Origin: Haplodiscus bocki
Taxonomy: Eukaryota
Direction of reading: 5' to 3'
DNA: 64,000 nt
NCBI GenBank assembly: GCA_965655095.1
Contig: OZ296656.1
Location: 21,390,001-21,454,000 of the forward strand
Part shown: positions 62,368 through 64,000 of the stretch, piece after piece
Position numbering within the stretch: the first letter of the stretch is position 1
Layout of the letters: the number at the start of each line of letters is the position of its first letter
Made by a program: the position numbers and the translations under genes
Notes under the pieces: generated by a model
Told to the model about the DNA's origin: nothing
Databases searched by the model: none
The model's input: the letters and a program-made list of their open reading frames with translations, nothing else

Positions 62368-62532
62368 TGTGCCCGCGTCTTTTGGCGTCAAATGCCGTTT
62401 TGCACACTACTGAGGTAGAAAACCAGGAACCAAGCGGGGATCGTTCCCAGAATGATCCCCATCCTGAAGTGGAGATCTCTGCCTGTCGCGCAAGTAATTT
62501 AACTGAACCAGACCCAAATGAGACCTCTTACA
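62368..62532 (+). other. GC-richer island bounded by TG...CA, containing an 11-bp hairpin; possible fragment of an unrelated LTR
   Basis: Abrupt composition change; hairpin GGGGATCGTTC-CCA-GAATGATCCCC at 62436-62460; ends GAGACCTCTTACA; no target-site duplication. Confidence 0.3.
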
Positions 62533-63360
62533 GAGATTGATACTTTCCATTGACTGCCAGCAACGCCGTTTTCACCAGCTGTAGAGTTAGGTGACTGACG
62601 ATTAAGAAGGGTAAAGAGTTCCGAATGGTTTTCTAGACTGTAGATTTCAATAATGTACCCTGCATTCATGAGACTTCGAATTGAACCGGAATCGCGATTT
62701 TGCTTCCACAAGTTCAAAGCCTTTAGGTGGTTGATAGACTTTGCATTCTTAATCAATTTACTGCGTTTTTGTTGTGTGCTTGTTTATTGGAGTTCAGGCT
62801 ATTTTTGCAAGGACACTGCTTGGTCGATGAATAACTGCAGCAGCGTGATAATATTGATCACAAGTTTTTCGTTGTACACCTTATAGTCTAAACTTATTAG
62901 CTAATGCTTTCGAACCGGCGTCTTGTCGCTGACGTAGAAGTAACTTGATCAAAACAATAAAGTCACGAAACTTTTAATTTGCCGTGTGAAAACTAAATAT
63001 TTGTCTCGTCGAAACAACGCGTACTTGCTTCTAAGAGGTTAATTTTTTGATCTAGTGTGGTTATACAACATCTCAAATACATCAAGTAATGGTTTAAATA
63101 CCATAAAGGCAAGTAAGTATACCTAAACGAGAAGATTTCAAAACGTACACCTTGATTTTAATTTGATATTACTTTTCCGTAGTGAATTTAAAAAATTACG
63201 TGATTCTTTTCTCCCAATGTGAGAGAACGAATGTTTTGTTTGAATACTCTAATTAAAAGAAATATGAGGCCTAGAGGAGGTAAAACAAGAAATCGAGGTG
63301 TGTAAAGGCCCAAAAGTTTTAAATCGCTTTACAGGCTCAAAAAACACCCAGGAAGCATTA

Positions 63361-64000
63361 TTATTGAAAAAGATTTCTTATTTCAAATACTCCGTTACTT
63401 ATAAACGAATGAAAACGAATCATATGTTGTGAAAAAATAGAAAGTTGATGATCCACTTCTTACTGACATAGATTCTATAATAATTAGTTGTTTTAAAGAT
63501 TGTTATAATGATTTTTTTCATAGACATAAAAATGAATGCTTCTGTGATATTAAAGTTACAAATATTACTGAGAATGAAATAATTAATTTGACAATTAGTG
63601 GTAAAAGCATGATTTTGTATGAGTTCAATAAGTAATCAGAAAATGCTAGACAAAATGCTTTTATAATTAACCAAATAAACAAACTAACAACGAGTTTTTA
63701 TTCGCATTAACGAGTTATAAATATAAGTTAGTATCTGAAATTCCAAATACCAATGTGTCACAGACAATTTTTCAGAGTAATCTCAAAGGATGGAGAACGT
63801 GTAGAAAATTTTTGCAATGATATGGAAATACCTCTTCTTTTTGCATGTCAGAAATGGTTCAGTCAATTAAACTAAGAAACGCACGAGAGTTTATAATTTC
63901 AATTTTATTTCTACTTTAACATAAACTTCTAATTTCAATTTTGTTTCTAAGTTAACAATTTTTTTTGAAATTCCTCAAAATTTTTTAATTTCACCTTTTT
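63361..64000 (+). repeat. Direct repeat copy 2 of the unknown degenerate ORF
   Basis: High similarity to 61523-62160; runs to the window end. Confidence 0.85.

Noticed and set aside
62436-62460. Helitron 3' terminal hairpin or bacterial terminator
   Set aside because: No CTRR end about 10-12 nt downstream on either strand, no U-tract directly after the stem, and no Rep/helicase nearby.

Overview
AT-rich eukaryotic repeat DNA, probably invertebrate heterochromatin, with no intact host gene. (1) 1-22374: satellite array built as a higher-order repeat (HOR). The ~1.85-kb unit holds ~14 diverged 115-175-bp monomers sharing a core like GGACACGTAGAATGCAGTTTTGACAACCCTGCCGAAAA; four 1.56-kb 12-mer variant units sit within the array. 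(2) 22375-42276: two degenerate copies of one large Ty3/Gypsy-type LTR retroelement family, fused tail-to-tail. The + copy (leader, internally deleted gag, PR, RT) is cut at the start of RNase H. The - copy (>14 kb) has a long leader with candidate small ORFs, a very long gag with CCHC knuckle and RS-rich tail, PR-RT-RH-IN, an unexplained Ser/Pro/Thr-rich coding region and a gB/chuvirus-like class III fusion env; it lacks its 3' LTR. (3) 42277-57231: a second array of the same satellite family, grading from diverged monomers into 2.4/3.05/3.23-kb HOR units. (4) A 200-N scaffold gap, then a decayed Polinton/adintovirus-type protein-primed DNA polymerase B and a duplicated ORF of unknown function. 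The best candidates for new biology are the env-bearing, accessory-ORF-rich retroelement inserted twice into this satellite and the dyad-symmetric core of the satellite monomer. All family assignments come from motif reading by eye; no database search was run.
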